Under the pieces are notes generated by a model. That model was not told where the DNA came from and did not search any database. It was given only the letters and a program-made list of their open reading frames with translations. The position numbers were made by a program, and so were the translations under genes. This document shows, in pieces, positions 46,920-56,063 of a stretch of 64,000 bases of DNA. Source of the DNA: a virus; IMG/VR virus record IMGVR_UViG_3300016725_000004; one strand, written 5' to 3'. The number at the start of each line of letters is the position of its first letter. The stretch's first letter is position 1.

Positions 46920-47547
46920 TATTTGGTATCTCCCATTTTAATCCACACTCGTAACAAGTATATTGACGCATTGCATCTAATGCGTCAGTTTGACCACAAA
47001 CACCGCCACAATTTGGACAATATGTATAATCTTTAGTTTTAAAACTAGCATGAATACTTTGTTCAATATCATTCTTTAGTGAAACTATTTTTGTAAGCAT
47101 TCCATCAACTAATATTTTAGACCGAAGCAAAGCTTCTAAATCACCGTGTATAACTTTTGGATGTACAAAATTAAATTCATCTAAAAGAACTTCAAGATTA
47201 TTTTCAGCTACCATTGAGTATAGTTGTTCATTAAAATCTCTATTAGTCATACTCAAACTTTCATTAGATTTTTTCATACAAGCATCAATATTTGAATTAG
47301 TAATAATACACAAAACATTACTTAATTTAGTATGATCTACGTCACCAACTAATTTACAGTAATCGACTTTAGCAAATTTTAATCCGTGTTTTGTAGAAAC
47401 AAGTACACGAGATCCAACTGTTATTGGTTTAGCGTAATAAAAATGATATACTTTTTGTTTAACAGGTTCAGTAGATAACTGGTAAAGAGAAGGAATAGAG
47501 GAAGTGGCACTATCAGTATAATGGCGGCAACCAATGATGTAACCCAT
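46906..47547 (-). CDS. protein with C-terminal zinc ribbon (213 aa)
   Basis: CPNCGGVCG...CYECGLKW. Confidence 0.5.
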   Translation of the reverse strand: MGYIIGCRHYTDSATSSIPSLYQLSTEPVKQKVYHFYYAKPITVGSRVLVSTKHGLKFAKVDYCKLVGDVDHTKLSNVLCIITNSNIDACMKKSNESLSMTNRDFNEQLYSMVAENNLEVLLDEFNFVHPKVIHGDLEALLRSKILVDGMLTKIVSLKNDIEQSIHASFKTKDYTYCPNCGGVCGQTDALDAMRQYTCYECGLKWEIPNNDIC

Positions 47548-48026
47548 TAATTCCTCCTCAAATTAATCACAGCTTGCATAAGCAAGAAAAGATTTTCTTT
47601 ATCAGAAGCAGATAAATTTTTCAAAAAACTGTTAATCTTTGATTCAATTTCAAGATTGCGAACCATTTCAATTTTATCCAAGTGAATTGCATTTTGCTCA
47701 ATAGCATAAGCAATCTTATCTTGAACTTGAGTAATGTCTAAATCTGAAAAAACAGAAATACCATTAACTACAGGAACCTTGATTCCTGAATTTAGTACAA
47801 CACATTCTTTAATAGTAAAAGTTATTTTCCTACAAGATTTATTATTAAATTTTCTAGGTCTTTCATTATAATCACCTCTATTACCTACTTCAACTTGAAT
47901 AATGGGTTCTAAATCATTAAGTCTCCAATATGCAAACTTAATCTTTTCCATAATTTCTTCAATAGAAAATTTTTCAAAATCTTCAATCTCTTCAAACTTA
48001 TGTCCGCACTGAATTACCAAGTCCAT
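47547..48026 (-). CDS. hypothetical protein (159 aa)
   Basis: minus-strand ORF. Confidence 0.5.
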   Translation of the reverse strand: MDLVIQCGHKFEEIEDFEKFSIEEIMEKIKFAYWRLNDLEPIIQVEVGNRGDYNERPRKFNNKSCRKITFTIKECVVLNSGIKVPVVNGISVFSDLDITQVQDKIAYAIEQNAIHLDKIEMVRNLEIESKINSFLKNLSASDKENLFLLMQAVINLRRN

Positions 48027-48038
48027 AATTCTCTCCTT

Positions 48039-48686
48039 TTATAACCCAAGTTTCATTAGTGCTGATATACTTACATCAAAAAATCCAGTTGGAAAAGAAC
48101 AACGCTTTCCATCTATATTATAATAACCATCAGAATCAATTTTAATTTTATTTAACTTATCATTAAGATAATAAATAGTAGTATCTAAATTATTTTGATA
48201 TGTCTGACTTCTTAAACTATTTATTAATTGTTCACTATTGGTATGTATAAGAAGTTTAAGATTTCTTTTTAAAGCAAATGTAAAAAATTCTCCTAAATTA
48301 AAACAATCCTGAGGTGATAAATATAGTTCAGGGTGGTCAATAATTAGTCCATAATATTCTCGCGTTGTAATACAAGCGGTTAATATTTTTTGTAAAAAGG
48401 TACAATTAATGTCATCATAAGAATATAATAAGTCTGTTCCAACAATATTTCTTAGCCAAAATCGTACTTCTTGTCTATCTTCCATTCTTCGACAGAAAAA
48501 TGCACTTGTATCTGGATACACCCTTTCATAAATAAATTTATCTTCTTCTTTAGGAAAAGAAATAATAGGATTACCTAACGAGTTAGTAACAAAAAGTGTT
48601 AAAGGGCTAATTGTGATAGGTTGAGTTACATCTTTGTATCTAACGAGGATTGAATCCATACACCTTCTCCAAAAGATTTTTGTCAT
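48039..48686 (-). CDS. hypothetical protein (215 aa)
   Basis: minus-strand ORF. Confidence 0.5.
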   Translation of the reverse strand: MTKIFWRRCMDSILVRYKDVTQPITISPLTLFVTNSLGNPIISFPKEEDKFIYERVYPDTSAFFCRRMEDRQEVRFWLRNIVGTDLLYSYDDINCTFLQKILTACITTREYYGLIIDHPELYLSPQDCFNLGEFFTFALKRNLKLLIHTNSEQLINSLRSQTYQNNLDTTIYYLNDKLNKIKIDSDGYYNIDGKRCSFPTGFFDVSISALMKLGL

Positions 48687-49242
48687 ATTGAATATTTAGT
48701 ATTGTTGCAATTTGAGTCATAATATATGCATTATTTTCTAATTCAAAATAGGGGACTTTAAATTGTTTCAACATATTTTTAATTTTAATATCAATTGCTA
48801 TAGCTTCTTCAATACGAGATTGTGTTCTACCAACTGTAGAAAATTTAAATGAGGAATTACGTTCAACAAAGATATTAATACTTTGATATTTTTCATGAAG
48901 CGAAAAACATAAATCAGATAAAGCTTGTTGATTAATACTTTCAGGGTTATTGTATGTACAAGTAAGCAATAAAGGTGAATCACAAATTACAAAGTCAACT
49001 TGCTCAATGACACGGGAAATTCGTCTATTTTGTTTAGCAAGAATATATGCTTGGTCGTGTTGAAGAACATTAAAACGATTTTCGTGTACTAAATCTCTAG
49101 CATATTCTAAAGCTAGTTCACAACTAAAACCTAAAATACTTAAATCGGAAAATAAACGAGCGGCTAAAACAGATTTTCCAGAATTTGGGCCAGCAAAAAG
49201 GTTAATAAGTATTTTCTTAGGTTGGTATTCTGATTGGGCCAT
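48640..49242 (-). CDS. P-loop NTPase (putative kinase/ATPase, about 200 aa)
   Basis: Walker A LFAGPNSGKSVLAARL; start MAQSEY with GGAGGA RBS; hhhhD (DFVICDSP) Walker B-like. Confidence 0.5.
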   Translation of the reverse strand: MAQSEYQPKKILINLFAGPNSGKSVLAARLFSDLSILGFSCELALEYARDLVHENRFNVLQHDQAYILAKQNRRISRVIEQVDFVICDSPLLLTCTYNNPESINQQALSDLCFSLHEKYQSINIFVERNSSFKFSTVGRTQSRIEEAIAIDIKIKNMLKQFKVPYFELENNAYIMTQIATILNIQYDKNLLEKVYGFNPR

Positions 49243-49498
49243 TCCAAAGTCCTCCGAGCAAACTTGTAGCAATTGCATTATAATTATCTAGTAATTGACA
49301 TTTACCACAACAGGTTGTTGCTACATCTCCATCAGCAATATTTGGAAATACTTTAGTCATCTTTACTACAATAATTTTTTCAGTCATAAAAATTTTATGT
49401 GTAGATAGATAATCTGGAGAATCTGGATTGGGTTTCCAAAAATAAAATTCAACATTTTGTATCATAATTGGTGGTCCAGTGAACCAAATATCAGACAT
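49217..49498 (-). CDS. small Cys-containing protein (about 93 aa)
   Basis: start MSDIWF with AGGA RBS; TTCCGKCQ. Confidence 0.35.
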   Translation of the reverse strand: MSDIWFTGPPIMIQNVEFYFWKPNPDSPDYLSTHKIFMTEKIIVVKMTKVFPNIADGDVATTCCGKCQLLDNYNAIATSLLGGLWNGPIRIPT

Positions 49499-49781
49499 GA
49501 TGACATTGTATCCTATCAATATCTTCTTTCTTTTTAAGAGGAAGATTGTCAATCTCATATTGTGCTTGAATGTATATCCAAGATTCAAAAGAAGTTCCAA
49601 AATATTTGGCTAGTCTTAATGCAGTATCGACAGTTATACCTCTACGATTTTCACAAATTTCCTGTATTCTACTATACGGTAATCTCAAGTCATAGGCAAG
49701 CTGTGATTTTGAAATATTCAAAGGATTTAAGAATTTCTCAACTAACCATGTGCCGGGATGCTGAACCATAATAAACTCCAT
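49491..49781 (-). CDS. HigA-like XRE-family HTH protein (about 96 aa)
   Basis: HPGTWLVEKFLNPLNISKSQLAYDLRLPYSRIQEICENRRGITVDTALRLAKYFGTSFESW matches HigA antitoxin HTH pattern. Confidence 0.5.
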   Translation of the reverse strand: MEFIMVQHPGTWLVEKFLNPLNISKSQLAYDLRLPYSRIQEICENRRGITVDTALRLAKYFGTSFESWIYIQAQYEIDNLPLKKKEDIDRIQCHHV

Positions 49782-49998
49782 TATGTTTGGACTCCCATAT
49801 ATTTCAAGATTCACTTGCGTGAGTGGTCATTTCAACTTGCGTCCAAAACTTTTTAATCCATATATTTTATAAGTTTGTACACACAATAAGCTACAACAGA
49901 AATAAATCCTACTACGATAAAAATTTTTAAAGCATTTATAAATAGAGTTATAAGGCCTGCAATAATAAACAGGCCTATAATTGCGAGTTTATATTTCA

Positions 49999-50730
49999 TT
50001 AAAACTTTTCAAAATTTTTGGCTGTCGGCTTCGTTGAAGGAAGAAGGTCTTTCTCCAAATCCTTCAAGGAATCCGCTTCAGTCTGTGAAGAGTTCATCAA
50101 TTCAGTACGAGTTTTACTAGCTTCCAGTTTAGCCTGTAGCTCTGCCGCTTTCCTATCCATTGCAGTAGAAGCAACATTAATGGAAGAATGCTCCTTCGTA
50201 AGACCTTTGATTTCACGCTGGCGCTGTTCCATCTGTTCAGCTTGCTCAAGCTTTGCTTTTGTAATCTTAAGATTACTGGCGCTTTGAGCAATACGTTCTT
50301 TGGCAGTTTCAATAGTCTGCCAATACTGCTTAACAATAGCATTAAGTTCAGTATACTGAGAAGTAGCAACTTCGGCTTCGTCAATTTCTCGTTTAACCTT
50401 ATCATGCATTTTAGCAAGGGTATCATTTATAGTATTCAAACTCTTAGTATTCTTTTCAACATCAATTCCATCTTCAATACGTTTAGCAGCAATATCACGC
50501 ATATCTATATATTTGTTAAAATTGGAGCGAGCTTCATCAGCTTCTTTCTGCTCCCTATCCATATCCATCTTAGCTTTAGCCAACGCACCAGAAAGTTCTT
50601 CAAACTTCTGAAGCATGGCATCAAGCTCGGCTTGAGTCGCAAGCTCCGGATTATTCAAAGCAATAAAATCAGTTACTTTATTTTTAAGTTCAAGAAGAGA
50701 ATTTTTACCAAACATTGTGAAGAATCCCAT
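49999..50730 (-). CDS. PspA/IM30-like coiled-coil protein (243 aa)
   Basis: MGFFTMFGKNSLLELKNKV N-terminus (cf. PspA MGIFSRF), long heptad-rich alpha-helical body; AAGGAG RBS. Confidence 0.4.
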   Translation of the reverse strand: MGFFTMFGKNSLLELKNKVTDFIALNNPELATQAELDAMLQKFEELSGALAKAKMDMDREQKEADEARSNFNKYIDMRDIAAKRIEDGIDVEKNTKSLNTINDTLAKMHDKVKREIDEAEVATSQYTELNAIVKQYWQTIETAKERIAQSASNLKITKAKLEQAEQMEQRQREIKGLTKEHSSINVASTAMDRKAAELQAKLEASKTRTELMNSSQTEADSLKDLEKDLLPSTKPTAKNFEKF

Positions 50731-50741
50731 GATACTGCTCC

Positions 50742-51698
50742 TTACCAACGCCTACGGCGATTGGAGTAAAAATGCCACACAAGCAATATGCTTGCAACAC
50801 TAAAACCAACTAACACGATTGTTCCGAATCCCCAAGAGTCAGCATCGTCTTCATCGACTTCGACAGCCTCAACATTGTCCGGAACAAAATCAGGATTAAT
50901 AGCTACATTAGCAGCTTTCATTTCTTCCATACTCTTTTTTACTTCATCAAGTTGCTTCCTTAAATCTTCATTATCTTTAGCCAATACTTCTGCTTCTGCC
51001 AAGAATGCCTTTACACCTTCATCATTTTGACGATGATAAAAGAAGGCACCTTGATTATTCAAAGCATTAGCAGTAGCCTGATTAGCAGCAGCTTGAGCAT
51101 TAACTTTATTAGAATGATCTAACATCATAAATAACATCATAGAATCCCACCCACCGAAACTAGAATGGGTATTATACACATAAGATGGAGGATTTGAATA
51201 ATAATTATTATTAGGTGTAATAAATGTATAAGTTTTACCTGAAGAACTTGTATATGAATTGGGAATAGTAGGTTTACTTGTATTATATGAGCTAATAGAA
51301 TTTCCCTGTTTTGCAAATTTAGTAGAATCGACTTTAGGTACATTATTCATAATTGTAGTTTTGGTAGCTTTCGGTGTACCTGAACCAAATGAACCTGTAA
51401 AAGAATTATTTACTTTTGGTGTAGAGGGGGAAGTAGAGGATTGAGAAGTTTTAGGAGTAGAGGTAACTTTTGGTGTACCTGAACCAAATGAATCTGTAAA
51501 AGAATTATTTACTTTTGGTGTAGAAGATGAAGGTGAAGAATAAGAGGGTTTAGAGCTAACACTGGGCCTGCTACTCGAAAAACCTCCTCCTCTTCCGCCA
51601 CCACCACTACTTCCACCTTTAGCATCAGTAATTGCGGGAAGAAAAGCTAAGGAAACTACGCAAAATATGATAAGTAGAATACTACTAAATTTTTTCAT
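50742..51698 (-). CDS. secreted/membrane-anchored repeat protein (318 aa)
   Basis: signal peptide, Gly/Ser-rich region, two 33-aa repeats (TPKVNNSFTGSFGSGTPK), C-terminal TM plus RRRRW. Confidence 0.5.
   Translation of the reverse strand: MKKFSSILLIIFCVVSLAFLPAITDAKGGSSGGGGRGGGFSSSRPSVSSKPSYSSPSSSTPKVNNSFTDSFGSGTPKVTSTPKTSQSSTSPSTPKVNNSFTGSFGSGTPKATKTTIMNNVPKVDSTKFAKQGNSISSYNTSKPTIPNSYTSSSGKTYTFITPNNNYYSNPPSYVYNTHSSFGGWDSMMLFMMLDHSNKVNAQAAANQATANALNNQGAFFYHRQNDEGVKAFLAEAEVLAKDNEDLRKQLDEVKKSMEEMKAANVAINPDFVPDNVEAVEVDEDDADSWGFGTIVLVGFSVASILLVWHFYSNRRRRW
51361..51527 (-). repeat. about 99-bp direct tandem repeat (x2) inside CDS 50742-51698
   Basis: ggtgtacctgaaccaaatgaa(c/t)ctgtaaaagaattatttacttttggtgtaga occurs at 51373-51425 and 51472-51524. 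Confidence 0.6.
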
Positions 51699-52291
51699 TA
51701 CTCATTCTTAAATGAAATATCCGAAGGAGAAATTGCATATCCATCATAAAAGACTGTTTCATTTTTATTTACATCATATTCAATATAAAGCATAACAGAA
51801 TTAGTAATTTGAGAATAATCCTCATTGGTATAAATCATAAATTTAAATTTTGACCCAAACCTTTCAGATAGGTTACGTTTATTAACTTCAAATGGATTAA
51901 TAGGCTCTTTAATTTCAGGGGACATATCCCGTTCATACAAAATATTATTAACTTCAATAATATCATCACCCAATTCTTTCATCTCATATTTATAATTAAA
52001 TTTACGCTTAAATAGGAAGCCATCATTTAAATGGCCTGTAGCTTTATTATAATTCAAACGAATAAAATTTCCATCCTCAGTAAAAATATCGTAACAAACA
52101 ATTTCAGGAAGTTCTATTTCACAGATATTATTTGAAAATATATTCATAATAATTGGTTCAGGGGATGAATCCTTTGTAGGGCATGAAAAATATGTAAGGT
52201 TAACATTCATAAAACCACCAATAATAGGAATATTAATCAGGGGTTTAATATTCTCATTTGGCTTTTTAAGAAGCTTGTCAGTTCCAAACAT
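51698..52291 (-). CDS. hypothetical protein (197 aa)
   Basis: AAAAAAGGAGGAGCAA RBS; follows promoter. Confidence 0.5.
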   Translation of the reverse strand: MFGTDKLLKKPNENIKPLINIPIIGGFMNVNLTYFSCPTKDSSPEPIIMNIFSNNICEIELPEIVCYDIFTEDGNFIRLNYNKATGHLNDGFLFKRKFNYKYEMKELGDDIIEVNNILYERDMSPEIKEPINPFEVNKRNLSERFGSKFKFMIYTNEDYSQITNSVMLYIEYDVNKNETVFYDGYAISPSDISFKNE

Positions 52292-52309
52292 TTGCTCCTC
52301 CTTTTTTAA

Positions 52310-52337
52310 ATTATACCATACTATTATATATTGTCAA
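52310..52337 (-). promoter_or_regulatory. sigma70 promoter (TTGACA-N16-TgGTATAAT)
   Basis: -35 at 52332-52337, -10 at 52310-52315. Confidence 0.5.
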
Positions 52338-52497
52338 CTTCATCAACTTCAGTATATTTACTATGTCTGCAAAGATTATCATGAAGAGAAGCAGTTTTAA
52401 TTCTTACATTATTATCTTCTTTATAAAAGACAACTGGAGGAGTACAATATTCTAATAAATTTATGCTATGTATATATGCCCAATCCTAAATTCAAAT

Positions 52498-52953
52498 TTA
52501 ATCATCACCACTACTGCTGAAATCAGAAGAAGAAGAAGCAGAATCTGTATCAAAAGATTTATATGAGTCATCCGTATCTGAAATATTATTACTTGAAGAA
52601 GTAAATAATTCATTTATAGCTATTGTAGATGCCACATCTGCTAAATCATCAATTACAGTATCTAAATCATTATTTTGTGAAGCTTGAACCCCGCGAGTTG
52701 GGCGGTATCCTCCATATCTAAAAGTTGACCTTTGAGGTTGTGGAATCTCACGCCGTAAAACCGGTCTAGGATGTGGCTGTGAAGATTGTATAGATATAGA
52801 TGGTGAAGGCGGTGTAGAAATAAAGTTTTTTCCCCCACAGCTTAGTTTAACATCTTCTATTTCTTCTATTTCTTCATTTACTTCATTAGGTTTATTTTTC
52901 TTAAACAAATTTTTAAAAAAAATGATGATTGCGTTAATCATTTTTCCCTCCAT
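52498..52953 (-). CDS. membrane-anchored protein with Ser/Asp-rich acidic tail (151 aa)
   Basis: N-terminal hydrophobic helix; C-terminal DTDDSYKSFDTDSASSSSDFSSSGDD. Confidence 0.45.
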   Translation of the reverse strand: MEGKMINAIIIFFKNLFKKNKPNEVNEEIEEIEDVKLSCGGKNFISTPPSPSISIQSSQPHPRPVLRREIPQPQRSTFRYGGYRPTRGVQASQNNDLDTVIDDLADVASTIAINELFTSSSNNISDTDDSYKSFDTDSASSSSDFSSSGDD

Positions 52954-53267
52954 TACTCACAAAATAAAATTAACATTTTATTTTCATCATATAAATATGT
53001 ACTACCCTTAAATTTACAATTATTTTTATTTGCAAATTCTTCAAAAGATTCACAAGTATCAGTACAAAATCCTATTACGTTACCATCTTGTACAAATGGA
53101 GTTGCATTATTTATAGAGAAAGCAGATTGTTTAATAGGTTTAGATTTTGTAGAAGAAGGAAATGAAGTTCTCCTTTGTTCAATCCAGGTACTTACAAATA
53201 AACAAAGGATACCAATAATGAATACATAAAAATACCATTTATTAGAAGAAGACATTATTATCTCCAA
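52953..53267 (-). CDS. membrane-anchored small protein (104 aa)
   Basis: N-terminal TM helix. Confidence 0.45.
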   Translation of the reverse strand: MEIIMSSSNKWYFYVFIIGILCLFVSTWIEQRRTSFPSSTKSKPIKQSAFSINNATPFVQDGNVIGFCTDTCESFEEFANKNNCKFKGSTYLYDENKMLILFCE

Positions 53268-53361
53268 GTTATAGGGTTACTACGCACGAAAAGGCGAGAG
53301 GACAAACCCTCTCGCCTTTATATATTTGCGATAAGGGAATTAAACCCCTTATATTGTTTTC

Positions 53362-53437
53362 TGGTGGGCCTGTCCAGATTCGAACTGGAAGTCCAAGACT
53401 TAGAAGGTCTTTGCATTATCCGTTATGCTACAGGCCC
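53362..53437 (-). tRNA. tRNA-Arg (anticodon UCU)
   Basis: 76-nt cloverleaf GGGCCTG-TA-GCAT-AACGGATA-ATGC-A-AAGAC-CTTCTAA-GTCTT-GGACT-TCCAG-TTCGAAT-CTGGA-CAGGCCC-A-CCA; all four stems perfectly paired, U33, TTCGAAT T-loop, encoded CCA. Confidence 0.85.
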
Positions 53438-53444
53438 AGAAATA

Positions 53445-53699
53445 TTATTTTCCATCGAAAGGAAAATCAATAAGCTGCAAGTATCCTTTCATTTGAGCAA
53501 TAGCAGCTTTTCTCCCTTTGTTAAAACCAAGGGAGTAACTTGTTTGGTGAATAGTTTTCAACTGCTCTTGTAAAGAGCAAATTTTAGTATTACTCTCTTC
53601 TAAGTTTAATAGACACTGAAACTTTTCTTCTGTAGTATCATTTAATTTATCTAGCCAAATTTGGCAAGCATCATGTACTACTAAAGGTTTTTCATCCAT
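53445..53699 (-). CDS. hypothetical protein (84 aa)
   Basis: minus-strand ORF. Confidence 0.4.
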   Translation of the reverse strand: MDEKPLVVHDACQIWLDKLNDTTEEKFQCLLNLEESNTKICSLQEQLKTIHQTSYSLGFNKGRKAAIAQMKGYLQLIDFPFDGK

Positions 53700-54238
53700 T
53701 ATTTATTCTCTCGAATAATTTTAAAAATAAAATCAACAAATTTTTTGTTGAAAAAGTCCTTTCCATATTTTTCAATCATCATCTTCTTAGTAGATTTTGC
53801 CAACTTGTAGTTTGATGGGCCTTCATACAATTTACCAACAAAAGAAGGATAAACTAAAGTGTCAAAGTCCATCGGCGTCTTGACTTCAATTTCAGCGGAA
53901 ATCAGGTTGGTATCATCATAAGAATCAACTTCCCAAATATCAGAACCAATACAAACTTGATAGCGAGTTTTATAATTAAAAACTCCATCGCACATTGAAA
54001 ACAAACTATAAGCTTCCATTCGAGAAACGGGAATATTTACTTCTTCCCGTGAATGCTTGGAAAGTTGTTGCTTCAAAGTAAGGCAATAGGAAATCTTTCC
54101 AGAAATATTTTCAATTCGGATACGACCAACTTTGCCGTCATCATGAAATATAAACCCTTGAAGCATTTTAGAGGTTGACGTAACATGTTCTTTCCAAGAG
54201 TCGCCAACCACTTCAAATTTACGTTCAATTTCGCGCAT
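53699..54238 (-). CDS. CYTH-domain (triphosphate tunnel metalloenzyme) protein (179 aa)
   Basis: N-terminal MREIERKFEVV (EIExKF CYTH signature); follows promoter. Confidence 0.55.
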   Translation of the reverse strand: MREIERKFEVVGDSWKEHVTSTSKMLQGFIFHDDGKVGRIRIENISGKISYCLTLKQQLSKHSREEVNIPVSRMEAYSLFSMCDGVFNYKTRYQVCIGSDIWEVDSYDDTNLISAEIEVKTPMDFDTLVYPSFVGKLYEGPSNYKLAKSTKKMMIEKYGKDFFNKKFVDFIFKIIRENK

Positions 54239-54297
54239 GATTTTATCCTTTTTTCAATTACTAGTATTACTGGCAAAATTACCAATTCACTAGCTAA

Positions 54298-54326
54298 ATT
54301 ATACCATATTTTTATGGTTATGTCAA
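54298..54326 (-). promoter_or_regulatory. consensus sigma70 promoter (TTGACA-N17-TgGTATAAT)
   Basis: -35 at 54321-54326, -10 at 54298-54303. Confidence 0.55.
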
Positions 54327-54880
54327 GGTTCGATTAAATCAATATATAAGCCACAATGGCATTTTCCTACCACCCGCACTTCCTTGCATGGGCAAATTGT
54401 ATCTTCATTTTCGTAAGTAGTACAAGGACAATGACCATTACGATTTTTAATTCTAAAATAAATACGGTCAACTAATTCGGTATTTGGATTCATTACCAAA
54501 ATATTACCTGATTTTGAAAAAATCATAGTACGAGAATTAAGTGAAGAATAATCAGGTTGAGAATTAATAGAATTAAACTTAATTTGTTCCTTGGGAAGTA
54601 TATACCTCCTACCATTACAATTTTGAACCAAGTATTTATCAGTTACTTCAATATCTAATATTCTTGGAGATATTTTTGGACTTTTTGAATCAAAAGCTTT
54701 CTCCCCCAAAGCTTCAATACATGCTACTAAAATAGGAGAATGCTGAGGATAAATTAAATTTGCAATAAAATTTGGATAAACTAAATCAATATTAATATTT
54801 TTTAAATGAGCTAAATTTGGATCGTTTTCAATAAACCATTTAACTGCTTCCTTAGAAAATGTATCACTCAAATTAGTCAT
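54323..54880 (-). CDS. protein with C-terminal CPC..CPC..CHC cysteine cluster (ferredoxin-thioredoxin-reductase catalytic-subunit-like)
   Basis: GHCPCTTYENEDTICPCKEVRVVGKCHCGLY (CPC-x9-CPC-x8-CHC); start taken at MTNLSD. Confidence 0.35.
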   Translation of the reverse strand: MTNLSDTFSKEAVKWFIENDPNLAHLKNINIDLVYPNFIANLIYPQHSPILVACIEALGEKAFDSKSPKISPRILDIEVTDKYLVQNCNGRRYILPKEQIKFNSINSQPDYSSLNSRTMIFSKSGNILVMNPNTELVDRIYFRIKNRNGHCPCTTYENEDTICPCKEVRVVGKCHCGLYIDLIEP

Positions 54881-55415
54881 TGCGAATTTCAAGTTTTCCC
54901 CTCCATTTAATATCATAAGCATATGATAAAAATTCTTGAAATCTAGCAATATGGTCATCAAAAAAGAAATTAAATATTGGAAGTTTATAATGTTGGGCAA
55001 TTCGCAATGCTTGTGTAGTGCCACCAGATTTAGGTGTCCAGCACACAATAAATTCTGTAGGAGTTTTTAAATCAAATCCTAAAACTTGATAGCAATTTCT
55101 ACCATGTAATCGTTGACCATAATCAGATAAGTTAAACCACGCAGGATGAAATTCACAAGCCATATCTAAAGCTTTACCTGTAACTTTATATAAAGGAGAA
55201 GGATTATTATTAAAATTCTTTTCGGGTAAATATATTTCTTTCTTACCTTTTACTAAATCACAACCACGTTCAAATGCAGAATCTGCACCATCTGCACCTC
55301 CAGAACGTAGTATAAATTTATTTTTACCCAAAAGCTTTCCAATATTAACCATTAGTTTTAATATGAACTTAGGAGTATCTCTACTACCAATGCCAGTATA
55401 AATATTAGGAGTCAT
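54873..55415 (-). CDS. SLOG/DprA-like Rossmann-fold protein (DUF2493-type, 180 aa)
   Basis: YTGIGSRDTP ... ILRSGGADGADSAFERG (DprA/SLOG nucleotide-binding motifs). Confidence 0.5.
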   Translation of the reverse strand: MTPNIYTGIGSRDTPKFILKLMVNIGKLLGKNKFILRSGGADGADSAFERGCDLVKGKKEIYLPEKNFNNNPSPLYKVTGKALDMACEFHPAWFNLSDYGQRLHGRNCYQVLGFDLKTPTEFIVCWTPKSGGTTQALRIAQHYKLPIFNFFFDDHIARFQEFLSYAYDIKWRGKLEIRND

Positions 55416-55638
55416 TTTTACGTTCTTTTATTTGTCTTTCATCATATTCATTTGTTATTTCTTTAATCTTTAATACACAAGCATCATATCCAAGTTGATA
55501 CATATTACGTTTATCTTGCTTTAATTCTTCAATCACTTGAAGAGCTTCATTTAATTTTGTTTCAAGGTGTTCAATTCGTTTAAGTAATTGTTTAGTATTG
55601 TTTGGAGGTGGTGGCGGTGGTGGAATAGAGTTTAGCAT
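55405..55638 (-). CDS. Pro-rich/coiled-coil small protein (77 aa)
   Basis: MLNSIPPPPPPPNN then heptad region. Confidence 0.4.
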   Translation of the reverse strand: MLNSIPPPPPPPNNTKQLLKRIEHLETKLNEALQVIEELKQDKRNMYQLGYDACVLKIKEITNEYDERQIKERKNDS

Positions 55639-56063
55639 TATTTTTCCTCCTTAGATTTATCTTTCTCAATTGAGAATACTGAGGGTATAACAACTTTGAA
55701 TTGTTCTCGAATATACTCACAAATTTCTTCAGATACCTTACAAGTAGCAACAATAAATATAATTTGACCTTTCAAAAATGTATGAAGAATCTTCAAATCT
55801 TTTAATTCAATCTGCTTAGTAGCAAATTGTGTGTTATATAAATAAGTAAAATTAACTTTTTCATTTTTATTAAGGTATTCATTAATTCTAGTAACGTAAT
55901 AAATATAATCCGTACCATCAAGAGATAATACTTTGGTAAAAGTTACTTTATGAGCACCAGAAACAACATTATAATCTAAATCCGTAAAACGAAAATCGTT
56001 AAATAATTCAGGAAATTCAAGTGATTTAGGTTCTTGCTTTTTAGGCAACTTTTTGCTTTTCAT
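55638..56063 (-). CDS. hypothetical protein (about 141 aa)
   Basis: start MKSKKLPKK with GGAGGAAAAG RBS. Confidence 0.45.
   Translation of the reverse strand: MKSKKLPKKQEPKSLEFPELFNDFRFTDLDYNVVSGAHKVTFTKVLSLDGTDYIYYVTRINEYLNKNEKVNFTYLYNTQFATKQIELKDLKILHTFLKGQIIFIVATCKVSEEICEYIREQFKVVIPSVFSIEKDKSKEEK

Noticed and set aside
28625-51343. Internal minus-strand overlapping ORFs (28625-28831, 35128-35334, 36798-37040, 39277-39495, 48798-48983, 50097-50426, 31771-31953, 51137-51343, 56648-56848, 54073-54285, 26125-26376, 26575-26763)
   Set aside because: They are alternative frames inside larger genes with recognisable domains or paralogs, and lack independent translation signals.
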